A stretch of 64,000 bases of DNA from Balanoglossus misakiensis (Eukaryota > Animalia > Hemichordata). The stretch covers positions 15,856,998 to 15,920,997 of the forward strand of contig CM082578.2 of the NCBI GenBank assembly GCA_040954595.2, read 5' to 3'. Below, piece by piece: positions 12,431 to 25,928 of this stretch (within the stretch, counting starts at the first letter, position 1; each line of letters begins with the position of its first letter). Under the pieces are notes generated by a model. That model was not told the origin of the DNA and did no database searches. It was given only the letters and a program-made list of their open reading frames with translations. The position numbers were made by a program, and so were the translations under genes.

Positions 12431-15183
12431 GTGAGGTTGTTAAGGTGGACCATTTGATATACATTACCGCTACTGATTATGTAGGACAACATTCGACGCC
12501 AGTAAACAAGAAAGTAATACTAGAATAGGCTTGTAAATTTGTTCCCAAATTTGCCATGTTAGTTGCAAACATTAATTGACTTGGCGACAACATGTAAAGG
12601 ACACAAACAGCAAATCCAACACAAGATGTCTGGTTCACTGGTGACGTAATAATGTGAAAGTCCCCGAAAGGGGAGTCTTGGAAAATTGAGGAGCAGGCAC
12701 CGATACAAACTAGCCCTGAAAGTTCGACGACCGGCAGGAAGTCTATCTTCCAATTCTCCTGGGAGATCAAATGGTTCATCTTTACACGTAGAATATCATG
12801 GAGCAGCATAGGGTATGGAGAAATTCCTTAATTGGAAACTAGTCTGGCTAGTGAACATACGTTACCATGCATTGGGTTCGTTCTTATTTTTTGCCATGGC
12901 CATTTTAGTATTCTCCATGTGCATTATGAAGTCACTACAAGAGACGTGTGTTCTCGGGAAGTTCCTGGTTCTCAAGGGGAGACCAGAACCGCTTTGAGTT
13001 TCCCACAATCTCGGAGAACAGTATGTTCATGCAGGACTATTGAAGCTGACAATCCCAATGTAAGATTTACACAATTTCTGTTCTCATATCAGTAGACGTA
13101 GTGACACAGCTGTGAGTGTTTGAAGAGGCTCCTTACCTGATTAATATGTTAATTTCATGTAGTACATGTGACATGTTTTAATCTATGCCACAATTCACTG
13201 TACTGCAACATTACTCAAAGATGAGGTTCTGCCGCTACAGGTCAGTTTACAAATCACGATCTTTGAAATGTCACGAGCCATCCTTGATAGAATAGTAATT
13301 TTATTTTTAGTTTTTATTTTGCTTTCCGATGAACTGCATTTTGTGAGACCAAAAGTTATTATAGTCATGCAGCACGCAGTTATTCAAAGGTGCAAAGTGA
13401 AGTCGGGTGTTAGATGGTTGTGTAACGTACAGCGATTTATAAATATAAAGCTTTCGAAATCTTGCTGAGATTTGTATGCATTTAGGATTCTGATGTGAAA
13501 ACCTGAGTTTTAAGAAAATTGATGAATTTTGAAGAAAAAATATATAACGTAAAAACGGTAGTGTACAAAAGCGTAGAAGTTTTGAAGTCCGATGATTAAA
13601 CAAGTGGCATTCATTTTGTTGTTGACAGAATAATTATCGTGAATGTGGATGGAACGTGTGTATAGGTCATTACCTGTACCAGGTAGATTAACATAACGAG
13701 AAAACTGTCAATAAAATACACAAGGAAAGTATTCTTCAAGTTGGAGTATAGGAAGTGTTTATACCACGCTGTGTTACTTTCTTTGCCGTTCAACCGTTGA
13801 CTGGCTATACGTTGTTGCACTGCAGACCAATTAACGACGACAACGTATAATTGATTTTATGAGGGTTTATATTTAATCAGTTATTTATCGAAATAGAAAT
13901 TATAATTACCGTTATCCCTTCCGTAGGATTAAAGCCCGCCCCTTTTATAGAATTCGACAGATGAAATTGACGAACTCTGTCACCGTCAAATTGAAGCAGC
14001 TTGTGCGACCAATATATAACGGAATAGTCGTCGTATTTCAACTATACACGTGCATCTGGAACTTGATTTTTTGCTTCTTTTGGTTCCATTTGATTATATG
14101 CCTACATTTAAAATGAAAGGAAGACTATATAACTGAATTATGTAGATCGATGTTACTGATTCTCGTTTATATATACGTGATTGTAAGTGTATGGTAGGAA
14201 ATATATTTTGGTGTCGTGTACAACTCAGAACAGTTTAATAAAATAACTTTTGAATTAATGGGTACGTGTCCACGAGTGTTTAGCAAGTATTAACCGACAC
14301 GGTTTGCGTTTGAAAGTGGTCTGGTCGTGAATTTACACCTGATTTTTAATCCGCTCGTCATTCGGTTGTGGATTCCAGTTCGCTGCCGTTCTGTGGACGA
14401 TTTTTCAAACTGGTCTTCTGCGAAACATCTCCGACGGCAAAATCAGTAAGTAGGTTGTCAAAATAACACCCTTAGTCTGATTAGAGTAATTGACACACCA
14501 ACGCTTCTAGATATCGTACTTCCGTGTGGCGACCAACAGCTGCGACATCGATAGCCTTCGTTTCCTTCTGTTTCCATTGTGCAATGTCCGTACAAAAGAA
14601 AGTTATTCTTTGCTTACTTGTGCGTCGTGACAGGAGATACTTATGGCTACTGGCATGTCGTGACAGGAGATAATATTAAAGCCAAATTTTGAATGTCCAT
14701 ATATGGGCTGTGTAGACAAGCTCAATGTTTCTATTTTTCTTTCTTTCTGAATAATTCTTTCAAAATATATGATACTGATTAGAAGTACTTTTATTTTACA
14801 AATACATTACACTATCACAAAGTATTGGATAATAGAAGTAAATATATACATGTTGTAGACAACAACAACACATGTTTGCCTCTGACAAGTCGTGTCCTTA
14901 GATGATATTCCAAAACAATTTGACAAAACGTCAAATATGTGCAGAAGTCATACCGTGCTGGGTATCAAAATAACCCTTTACAGACTCAGTCACTGCTTAC
15001 AACAGATTTTCTGTATTGTTCAAGGATTCATATCCGTACTGCTAATCCAACTGAGTAGTACCTGTATATACCAGATGTATTTGATATAACCCCTGGAGAT
15101 GTTGAATCCAAATGTGCACAAGCAGTAGTGCATCACTCTGTCTGGTTGTATATTCCTGTGATAACTACAGCTCTGTCACAAAA

Positions 15184-16417
15184 CTAGTAGTCTGTCACTT
15201 TCTCTGGTGGTATGAGTCCAGCTGCAACTATTCGACTTTCTCTGACGAGGTAGTTAAACGCTGCACATGCATGAGGCTGTAAAAGGAAACCAAAAAATAC
15301 AGCTCCATGTTATGCCTACTTTGACTTGCAAGCAAGTAGAGTATGACATTTTGATGAACTATATTTGAATAACAATGCTGGAGGATACTAGTGTTTCTTT
15401 TCTTGGCACATAGCAAAGCTTACCGTGTCTTGAATTTCAAGAGCGATGCCCTTTGACCTCATGAATTTATGTAGCTCTGGATCCAGTCTTTGCATTTTTG
15501 AACCAATTCCTAAAATCAATATTTCTGAGAGAAAAAGAAAAAGAGATGATTGGAACGTAGCAGCCTGGGTCATTTCCAAAATTGGTGACAAAGTAGTGAT
15601 TCCACCTAAATCATAAAATCCTGACAGAGTTGCCAATTACCTTACGGCTTACCTATTTTAGGTTCAATTAAATGAAAAAGTGATAGGCTTGCTTCAGTAA
15701 TGTCTTTAAAACTGCCAACCTGTGGTGAAAATAAAGAACATATTTCAAAATTAAGATACAATGTAAATGTATACATTTTGTAATTTGTAAAAGCTCAGAA
15801 TTCACATACTGTACACACACACTGATATCCCTGCAAATTGAGATAAACAGTGATAATATATTGCCTTGGACATGCAATATGCTGGGATGCATGCATTGTT
15901 GCCACATCGTCAAGACTTACGTTCCAATGTACAAGGGTTTTTGGTAAGATTGCCACAGGTCCTACAATTTTGTCTCCACTGATCACAAAGCCATGTTCAC
16001 TATATTTGGATATTAATGGAAAACCGCCAGGGTCTTTCTCTAAGACAGTCACTGTAGTCTTCTGGTAAAGTTCATCATCTGTGGGATACAATTTACTCAT
16101 GCACCGAAGACTGTATCTGAGGTGACGATAATAAAGAGCATGTAGTTATTTTGTTATCAATCCTATGAACAGTACGGTGTATCCTTTTACACTTCACTCA
16201 AATAACATCTAATTTCTAAGTCTGCTAATTTCTTAATCGTCCGATTAAAATTTACGATCAAATGATCAAAATTGTCATGTGCGTCATGAAACCAACAACT
16301 AGCGCCACCACAGTTTCGCAGACCCTGCAACATCTTCTGAAATCGGCAATCTTACCTGAATATGGATGTTGTCGTCGTACAGAATGCAGCAGACCGCAAA
16401 ATCATGGACGTCGCCAT
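15184..16417 (-). CDS. NDUFAF3: NADH dehydrogenase complex I assembly factor 3 (Mth938 domain)
   Basis: Exons 16417-16356, 16116-15921, 15719-15653, 15524-15424, 15276-15184. Protein MATSMILRS..LYPTDDELYQKTTV..GFVISGDKIVGPVAILPKTLVHWNVGSFKDITEASLSLFHLIEPKIEILILGIG..KGIALEIQDTPHACAAFNYLVRESRIVAAGLIPP matches the family pattern. Confidence 0.93.
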
Positions 16418-17257
16418 ATTGAATGGTGGAACTTCTCTATTGGTGGCCTTTGAGGGCGTATCACCTCAAAATTTGTTCTCTCAAGGCGAAACTTTGCAAT
16501 AAATGAAAAATTGTATATGTTGAATAAGGTATTAGTATTCCATAACGCAATAGTGCATATCATGTATGGAACAAACGGCTGAATGCAAGAAATTCAGGTT
16601 GCAGCGAACCAGAAATGCAAATCTCGAATTTCGCGAGATATTGCGTAGATGTACGAGACTCTAAATGGGGAAACTGGGAGTGACAGACGTACCTGCGAAT
16701 CGTCACTGTGTAAGTATTCAGCACAAGGTTATGTTCGCCTTGTTACTGGTGTTGTTTTGTTATTACATCAAAAATGTAATAGGGAAGGAGTGCGCGCTCG
16801 AACTTGGTACTGATTACGATGTTATACGCCACGGGCAACAAAAATTTCAGTGATGTGGAGTCGAGGTCGCTTCGAACTCGTACTGCTTGTCGACAGGTCA
16901 CGACCTTAAAATAGTGCACACAAATATTGTGGACAGAGACTTGTTCATACGCCGTTATCCAATGGAAAATTCATCTGAATAAATTTACATTCCCTGTTCG
17001 TGTGAGCTGTATCATAAAAAAGAATCAACAAGACGTTTAGTGTATTTCTTTTTTAGTACAGAAACTGCATGAGGCTGCAAAGGCTGGTTCTTTATCGTTT
17101 GCGAATTGATGGATGCAACCATGACCCAACCAATGTCAAATAACAAAGCCCCTTCAAGGCCACATTGTTTATATGTCAGCTGAGATTAACCCCCTGTCAC
17201 ACACACAGATTTTCAGGTTGTGTTGGTGAAATTGTCCAAGACTACAAACCTATCCAA

Positions 17258-19806
17258 ATGCAATACAAAGCTACCAAGTGCCTGCTAACATCAGGCATTA
17301 TATTCATCCTTCATGGACTTGCGAAATCAGGTAAATGTAGTTTTTCGGAAAACATCATCATGTACGTAAACACTGGTTTATGATATGCATATATATACAT
17401 TTCAATAGCCCTGTTTTCGGTAACTGAATCTATCAGGGCACTGGATATACATGTATGTACAAAAATCTTGCCTGCTAAATACGTTTCTTTTGCACAATAC
17501 CAACATATCTGTAAAAGAGGAAGATTTAACCTGTGATTTTGTTTTTCTTTTGTGCAGATTCATGTGAGGGTGTGGTCTGTCAGAACGGCGGCACCTGCAT
17601 TGACTATGATTATTTTCAAATGTGTCAGTGTGCTTTAGGATACATGGGGAGTCTCTGCCAAGAAAAATTCGGTACTTATACTTAACATTATGTTCTGTTG
17701 ATCCTTAGTAAGTGGCAAAAGATAACTGACTTGGGATATTCATCTTACACTCAACTGTTATAGTAACTCATGTAAATAGACATAAATTGCTGGGGTTAGA
17801 AAACCCAAGTCAACTATGCTGATTATGCCTACATTTGTTGTTAATGGCCATAATAATTTACACCGGTCGGACATTTCTTGAACCTTTTTTTTGTGTGTTC
17901 TATCCACATCACAGGTTGGTTTCATGACACAACTCCTTCCCCAAATCAAGGTGAGTTGATCAGATTTAATTAAAGATAAAAAATAACATTATTCATTGTG
18001 CTGTGTGGGATTTTCTTGCAGTCTTCTTGAAGTGTGACAAAATCTTCATGAACATCAGTCTTTCAGGATTTTTTGTGTGTACATGTACATGTATTTATTG
18101 GTTGACTATAAACCATATGTCTGTATTGAAGAGCTGACTGAGTATGATTGTACTACTGGTAACTGTATTGTTTATATGTGCCTTTATTATAGTGGTCTTC
18201 ATATTGATTAAGCAATTTTTTTAATCCATAAACTTTAATCATGAGCCACATAGTGGCAAAACTCATCAATTTCACACACAAAAAAACCCACCCTTTTCTT
18301 AAGTCTAGCGCCCTCACACAGTCATCATGAATATGAACTCAAACTTCAAAGAGAGGCCAAAGGGGAAATCGAGCTGTCAAGTGGGTTTCCCCATTGGCCC
18401 TCCTTGACTTTAAATTCATGATGGCTGCATGTGAGTGCTTGTACCTCTCACACAAATGGTTCCGATGCAAACTCGCATTTGCTAAAGTCACTCCTTAAAA
18501 TCATGTGAAGTATATATTTGATTACAGATGGTGGAGGAAAGTGTTGGGGCATGTCCGACTGCAATTATAATGGATATTGTGTAGACGATAAGTGTGTTTG
18601 CAGCTATGGTTACACTGGGCGGTCTTGTGAAAACTCCATTCACTATGACTGCAGCACAATGGGTGACTGCAACTATAATGGATTCTGCTATGGTGGAACA
18701 TGTGAATGTGATGACACTTACTATGGGGACAATTGTCAATTCAGAGGTAAAGTTTTCAGTTGCAGTGATCGTCCCTAACCCTTTCACCTCCAGTTCCCTC
18801 TTTAGAGGTCCAACTTTACCATAGGAAACAATGGGGGTTTGGACTGAACCATGATGGTGAAAGGGTTAAAGGCTTCATACAGATGGGGGTGAAACGGTTT
18901 AGAGATGTTCAAACAAAGGTGTCTGTATTGTATGGGATGAAAGTGTTAGAGGTGGACATGTTCCTGGTTTATGTAGAAATGTGGTTTGCATCTTGTATTA
19001 GTAATAGTTCTAAGCTTGGCAAACCACTTTTGATAACTAGAGTCACATAGATTGGATAATATTATGAGTAGAATGTATTAATTAATCACCTTGTCCCTGT
19101 AATTTTGGTTTCAGATTCATCCGGCTTTGACTCAGAAGACGATGAGGGCAATAAAAAAAATGCCTTTTATGTTCCCTATGTATTAGGATTTGTTGTGGTA
19201 ATAATCATTGCTATCGCCGTGTGTATGATTCGACTGGCCATGCGATCAAATCGATCAAGACATCCAAATGTTGGACAGATTAGAAACACAACACCAAGAA
19301 CTGCACGTAAGTATGCATTGCTTGGTCTACAAGAGTATTCAGGAGATAAAATTGGATTGCAGAACAGCAGTGGATGAGATTGACAGTGGCATAGTGGTTA
19401 GTCATGAGTAGCACCCCCTGAAAGTTAGTCATGAGTAGCACCCCCTGACATGGAAAAATGAAAATATAATGTGTATTCTTTTCTATAAACAGAGTACCAG
19501 TACAGGCCATCCTGGTATCAGCCATTTGAATCTCGCCAAGGCCAGTCGAGCCCTTATGCCAGCCCATCAACTGTACAGCATCCACCACCATCTGCCGCAG
19601 GACCCACAACTCTCCCATCTGCACCGATGCCAACAGCACCACCGCAAGACATGGCTGCAGACACTCCACCAATGTATAGCACTGTTTCCGATAATAATTC
19701 CGGCAGCTCAGCATTGCCACCACCGCCGAGTTATGATGCAGCTATACGAATGAAAGACGACAGCGCTTCTCCAGAAATCCCAACGGCACCCACGCACTAT
19801 CCATAG
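17258..19806 (+). CDS. Type I membrane protein: signal peptide, 3 EGF-like repeats, TM helix, Pro-rich cytoplasmic tail with PPxY and P(S/T)AP motifs
   Basis: Exons 17258-17330 (signal), 17558-17671 (CQNGGTC..CQCALGYMGSLC), 18528-18746 (two tenascin-type EGFs, CNYNGYC..CVCSYGYTGRSC), 19115-19306 (TM YVLGFVVVIIIAIAVCMI), 19493-19806 (tail, TAG stop). All junctions are phase 1. Confidence 0.85.
18309..18439. mobile_element. Degenerate hairpin / MITE-like inverted repeat in intron 2 of the EGF gene
   Basis: Left arm gccctcaca-cagtcatcatgaat..aggccaaaggggaaa is an imperfect reverse complement of right arm tttccccattggccctc..attcatgatggctgcatgtgagtgc. Confidence 0.55.
18779..18865. mobile_element. 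Tiny piggyBac-like MITE (~87 bp)
   Basis: Termini CCCTTTCACC...GGTGAAAGGG are a perfect 10-bp inverted pair, flanked by CTAA (left) and TTAA (right). CCC/GGG ends with a TTAA target are piggyBac hallmarks. Confidence 0.6.
19397..19448. repeat. Tandem duplication, 27-bp period, 2 copies
   Basis: GTTAGTCATGAGTAGCACCCCCTGA occurs at 19397 and 19424. Confidence 0.9.
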
Positions 19807-19992
19807 AGTTGCTATGCTATCCAGAGTAACTAGGATTGCGGTTCAAAGCCTAAACATGAATGCCTTTTATGTTTATCATGCCTTAGTTGCCATGCAAGAT
19901 GTACATGTAAGTCAGCCAAGCTGCAATGTTTAATACTGTCAGTGCTTTCTGAGGCTAGGATATACATGTACTGTAGTTCCTTGAGGGATAAG

Positions 19993-20083
19993 AGTACAAC
20001 AGTTTCAAACTAACAAACCTGGAGGCTGATTACAAAGAGATGAGTACAGCGGTTTCAAACTAACAAACCTGGAGACTGACTGC
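19993..20083. repeat. Imperfect tandem duplication (~50-bp period, 2 copies) in the probable 3' UTR
   Basis: GAGTACA..GTTTCAAACTAACAAACCTGGAG occurs twice. Confidence 0.8.
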
Positions 20084-23000
20084 AGGGATCATAATGCATG
20101 CAGTGTGACCTCTAACAAACATTATATTTAAAAGCTTTGAGTCAAATTTAGGATTTCTAAAAAAATTCTCTGAGTTAACCCTATACCTTTGCATGTATTG
20201 TGGATAATTATCGTGAATCAACAGTGAGTTTGTTGAGTCAGCGGCGCGTCAAATCGACTTAGAGGGAAAACTGACATGCGTGATTTCTGTGCATCACATA
20301 AGCAAGGCATGAGCAATTTGTTGAGTTCAGTTTTGAATGTTGGTAAAATCTTCAATTCTCAACATCTGCTGATACAGTATTAAAACTAACTGAAGGAGTA
20401 ATCTCTCTTGCCTTGTGGCTATATTTGGCCAAATTTTTCAAATTGTCAAATCTGTTCTTAGCAAATGATATATCTCATATCAATTGCACAACTATGTCAG
20501 ATGAATGTGTAATTAGTTGGAAAACAATTCCACAGTTCCGATACACAAAACATTACACTTCTCCAAAGAAGTGCAACAAATCATAATTTATGTCGTGGTA
20601 TTATGTGAGAAGTAAGAGTATGCTGAATTTATAATGTGTATTTTTGTCTTAGAGATATGGGGCAAATCTTGAAATCTATTTATTACTACAGATTTTCCAT
20701 AGAAAGATTTTTAAAAAGGGAAAAAATTATTTATTGTCTTTGACAAAGAGTATAACTTACTCTATCCACCTGTACTCAGATCATGAGAGCTATCACATGT
20801 CATATTTTATATGACTGACATCAGAGTTCTTACAATGAAAACATTTAGAACAAACAAAACATACAAATCATCTTCAGTTATATACTAGTACATTGAAGAT
20901 AAGACTCAATTTGTTCACATAGTATAAAATGTAGTTGTTTATAATTTATAAATCGTTGAGTAGTGATTGATTATATTTTGATTCCAGTAGGTGATACATG
21001 TAGACCATGTAATGGGAATTTTCTCACTGAATGTCTTTCTGATGAAGTCATATACTTTTATGTGAGGACTACAGGAACATGTGTACAGTGTATAATCATT
21101 TAGAGATAGTTATTTTGTGTGTCTAGTTTGCAAATGCATTTCACAGTTCTTCCAATAAATGCTATTTACTGTAAAGGCTCTTTCAACTGAATATGTCAAC
21201 ATACACCGAGCGAGATTTAGATCAAATATTCGTGCCAAGCTTTTAGTAACGTCTGTATTGTGTACTTAGAATTGTAGATTTTCTGACATTATATCTGTAT
21301 TTTTATACATGTTGTGTACCATATTTATAGAGATATAGACACCACGCGTATGTACAGCACATCTTTTACTTTTATTTTCTAAATTTTAGCGCAGTTGAGT
21401 GACTACAGTAATAAAGAATCTGTCACCCAATTTTGTCAGTTTTTGCATGTGCAATATATACCATACTATGTATGTTTAATTTGTTTGTCTCAAAAATATA
21501 TTTGGTTAGATGTTCTTTTCACAAACATGATTATCAACTTGCTGCATGTTCCAACATCATTACCAGGCAGCCATTTTGATTCTTTTTTTTCAAGTCTGGA
21601 TTGACTGCTTGGCCATATCTGAAATGATATTTTCCAACTGGATTCAGAGTGCGATTGTAAGATGTTTTATTCTTCACTTTCAGCATTAGCATGGTCTGAC
21701 CTTCCACGGCCAGCCCAAAATAGTTTCTGCTATAAAGTATCTGATGTATATATGTATGCCAAGTAATATTATTTGTTAGTTCATGTAAATGTTTTAGAGA
21801 TACTCCACACTCCGATTATAAATTTGGATATAATAATGTTATATGGTCTTAAACTGGTCAATCATTTTATTCAGTATATGATCACTGATCAACTCATTTT
21901 TCATAATTAATGTCATTGCCTGCAAGGTCCGATATCACAATACCATGAATCGTGGTAAATTTTAATTGGTTAAGAAAGGGCATATTATTTACAGCTTTCA
22001 TGGCGTACAATACACATTACCACACTTCTACACAAAAACAACACTTAGTGTTTTTCTTCCCTTCAATTTGGACACCATGTCAAAGGTAATGTGTATGTTA
22101 TATAAATTTCAGCATTGGTCACATTTGCATGTTCCACTGGAGTCTATGCAAAGACAACACTTCAATGCTGTGTTTTCATCAATGAATCAACATATTAATG
22201 TCAACTTGTATGTGATACATAGAATAAAAGATATGCATTGTGTCAAGGACTTAGTTGTGTGTGTGTGTTGAATTGAACCGTGCAACTTACATGTACAGTA
22301 TGTTTGCATTTGTAACTTTGGTCATTCAGCACACAGGTATTTCATGCACAACGCTGAAAATAAGGATTTCCGCACACCTGTCTTGAAATGCAAACACGAC
22401 TTTTATTAGCTTTTGTGAACTGTACTCTTGTGATTATAATTGTAATAGATACCATGGTCATTCCACGATCATGCACGATTTGAATATAACGCTAAATGAA
22501 ATCAAGCCTGTTCTTGTGTGATTCACACTGACAAAATGAATTCATAACGTCACTCAACGTATCAATTCATCTTTAAGAATTGTCCATCACACAACCAATA
22601 CTGGCCTCTGAGTTCCTTAACACTGACCAATCAAGTGACCGTGCACTGACCATACAGTTTGATCTGCTTGGACACTACTTGCATGGCGCTTTTCTGCATA
22701 CATTACAAATGTATTTTCCTCGTATGATATGCAATGTCACTGGCCATATACAGTCATCCACTCAAATCTTTACAGTGAATATTAAGGTGATACCATGGTG
22801 ATAAAAATCTGGACATCTTGGGGAACTCTTCTCAGATATGTAAATAGCAGAGTCTCCTTCCATTGCACACTTTGACTGCATGACGTTGTGTTTTTGACAG
22901 TAAATTCACACCAATGCCATCTATCCTGCTACCGTGTACTTGGGCATCATCTGAATTCCTCTTCTCGTACAAGTTGAAAGTAGCAGTCTTGCCTTCTGAG

Positions 23001-23113
23001 CAGCCGCTGTACTGTCAAGATTTTGACTCTGATGGCGGGCGAGATTGCGATTTTGCTGGAGTCACGCCGCATGTTCCTGTTCTGTACAGCCATCAGCATT
23101 TCACTTCCTTCTC

Positions 23114-25803
23114 TCATGCAGCTCGAACTCTCGCAATTAGACTTCTAGGTATACCCATTTTTATAAGTCTTTCATCAGACAAACATTCTAAGTTTGGTAT
23201 CAAGGCAGCCACATGGTGCCAGCAAAGTTCAAACAAACTGGGCACAGCAAGCCAAACTTTATAAATTTCTCCTGTCCTCTGACTGTCATCAAGATTGACA
23301 ACTCCACCAAAGTAATACATACAGCCACTCTACAAAAACAGAAACAATACGTTGTCAGTCATGCAGAAAACAAAGGAACAAATCATTGTAAATAATATGG
23401 TCTCTGCGACATGATTTATAATGAAAACACACACACAGAAGTACATTGGTCTTGGGCCATATGTACAAACAAATTCATCTAGCAGACATGACTTAGAGCT
23501 GGCACAGTACATTGTCCTCTTGCCAAGTTCACTTCGGGCAAATGAAATAAAGGAAAAATAATGAAGAAATGGCTGCTTTTTTGATACTTACAGGTGTTAT
23601 TGCTGCTGAATGAAAGAATGATGGTACTGGCATTGTGGTGTGAATCTTTGTCCATTGTAGTGTTGGTAAATGTAATTTCCACAAATCATCAAAGATGATA
23701 GAGTTGTTATGTCCGCCACTGATGTACACCTCTGTCATACAAAATTTCACATGGTTTAGCAACAAAGTAACTAAATACAAGTATTTGTGAACAGCAGCTA
23801 TAAGAGACAAATAACATAGTATGGCACTTGCCTTGATTTCTTTGAGCACATGAGTGATATATTCTGGTTCCAGGATAGCCTGCAATTGGGTCACACTGTG
23901 TATCTAACCTTTCCCATTTTTTCTCAGCAAAATTATATGCACATATCTGCAAGAAGTAGAAATCCATGAATCAACTCACATCAAGTGCTATAAAATTTTC
24001 TGAGTATTGTTGATATGTTGCAAGTTTGCTTTAAACATAATCTCTCAGTCATGCACTATGACATGTAACAGAACTGAAGGCTTGGGTTGGCAGGTGGCAC
24101 AGTTGAACAACACCTGCACTATAAACTTGAGATAAGTACCTTTTGTAAATTTGGCACCGTATAGACTTCAATCCAGCTGTAGCCTAGCACATACATTCTC
24201 TGTTCATCACACGCAATACCATGTCTGTACATTCCTCTGGGGTGCATATCACCACCGTTTTCTTCATCAGAAAGCAATTCCCACTGACATGTTTCTAAAT
24301 TCAGTTTGTAAAGTTCAGCATCAAAGTGGAAGTGATCGTCTGTGATTTTTCTACAGCCGCCAAATACATAAAGATTGTCACTGTGTAACACCATTGCCTG
24401 CAAATATATAATAATATAATACAATTTTTCAGTCAATTTTGCATGTCACATCCTCATAGACTCGAACTGCCAAAAACAGAAACTCTGATGATTATTCCAC
24501 AAGCAGTTTCATGATATTTGGACATTCATGTGGAGAAATTCCAGTTTGATGAAACCTGTGCCTCACCTGTCCATACTTTGCCGGTGGTATCGTTCCTGTA
24601 CATTGTAATTTACTCCAGCTTTTCTGCTTCACATTGAAAACATATACATCGTTGTTTGATCTTGCTCCCCAGGGAAAACTTGTACCTCCGAATACCAGGA
24701 GGTTGTTACCACTCATCACCACTTGAGAGAGAACGAGCACAGAGCATGAAGTTATTCATAGATACCAACACAAATCAGAAAGGAAACTCATCATTCATTC
24801 ATAAGTTGAACAGTTTGTTGTGTGACATTACTCACTGGACATTGATGCTGTTTCAAAGAGAGTTTCTCCAAGAGTTTCTATTTCTAATGACCAGACACCA
24901 GTACTGAAGTTATAGCTCCACAGCTGAAACAAACAAGATTTTCATGAAATGTTTCAGTCAACGAATTTCCATACATACCAGCCTAAGTTCAAGTTTTGGT
25001 ATTTCAGCTGGTACGTAGTGGCATATGCAAATGATGCTGTGGTTTGTTTTTGTCTTTTATACCAGCATGTGTGAGGCTAGATGTGCTACGGTAGTTGTTG
25101 TCATCTCTATGATTTGAATACAGTCCAAATGTGATCATTTATCAATTTATCACTCTGAATGCTCTGACTGGGTTTGATTCACTGAAAAAAATGTCTTATA
25201 ATATGTAAATTAAAAAAAAAACCTTGAATAACATGATAGGTCACCAGAGAGTCGGCGAGCAAAGGGTTGTAATGCAGATAAAAATCCATAATGTATCTTA
25301 CCTCCCTGAAGAGTTTATTTTGCCAAACAATAGGCTGGCCCTGGTAGAGCATTTCATAACTTGGATTGTATCCACCAAACACATAGAAATTAGAGTTATC
25401 AGTTGCACAGCAATGACCACTTCTTGGATATGGTGATCTCGCGCCTACATCAAAGCATATAATAATCACTAAACATTATCCAGTAAAACTAAAACCAAGT
25501 CAATTTTTCAGATTATACATTCAATATCTTTACATATACATCACTTAATCATTGCAGTATCATTTATTTTTGTCGCTCGCATCTCCATCATGTCCGTGGC
25601 CCTAAGCCTGTAGGTCGTTCACTCCCGTCCTTCCTCACTTTTGTCAAAATATCAAAGCCAATCAAGCTTCTGATAAAATCATGAAGCACAACAAATCTCC
25701 CGATCTTCATTTTCAACAACAAAAATCGAAAACTACCTGAATTTTTGTTGATTTTCGGCTCCAATTGAACGAGCTTGCCAAACTCAAACACGGAGGCAGC
25801 CAT
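23114..25803 (-). CDS. KLHDC10: Kelch domain-containing protein 10 (CRL2 substrate receptor; scruin/slim-like)
   Basis: About 8 exons: 25803-25737, 25444-25302, 24923-24836, 24721-24567, ~24397-24140, ~23947-23832, ~23730-23592, ~23328-23114. Motifs PYPRSGH..FYVFGGYNP..LFRELWSYNF, LLVFGGTSFPWG, YGQAM, YRHGIA, FFHSAAITPSGCMYYFGG and the C-terminal BC-box-like VPSLFELCW. Confidence 0.9.
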
Positions 25804-25928
25804 TTTGTGTTATGCGTATGAGTATGTAATCACAATGTTTATTGGGTAGTTTTGTAGGTCATATCTCTAAAGCACCAATAGAAAAGATCCTTGCTCCAGC
25901 CAGTAGGTGGCCCCTTGTTGATAACAAT
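25804..25928. promoter_or_regulatory. Bidirectional promoter shared by KLHDC10 and ZC3HC1
   Basis: Divergent ATGs at 25803 (-) and 25929 (+) leave only 125 bp between them. A YY1-like CAAAATGGC overlaps the KLHDC10 start. Confidence 0.75.

Noticed and set aside
12477-14600. Short ORFs and splice-like signals suggesting an extra gene between the ankyrin gene and NDUFAF3
   Set aside because: I could not assemble a phase-consistent ORF with recognisable similarity; more likely UTR or intergenic.
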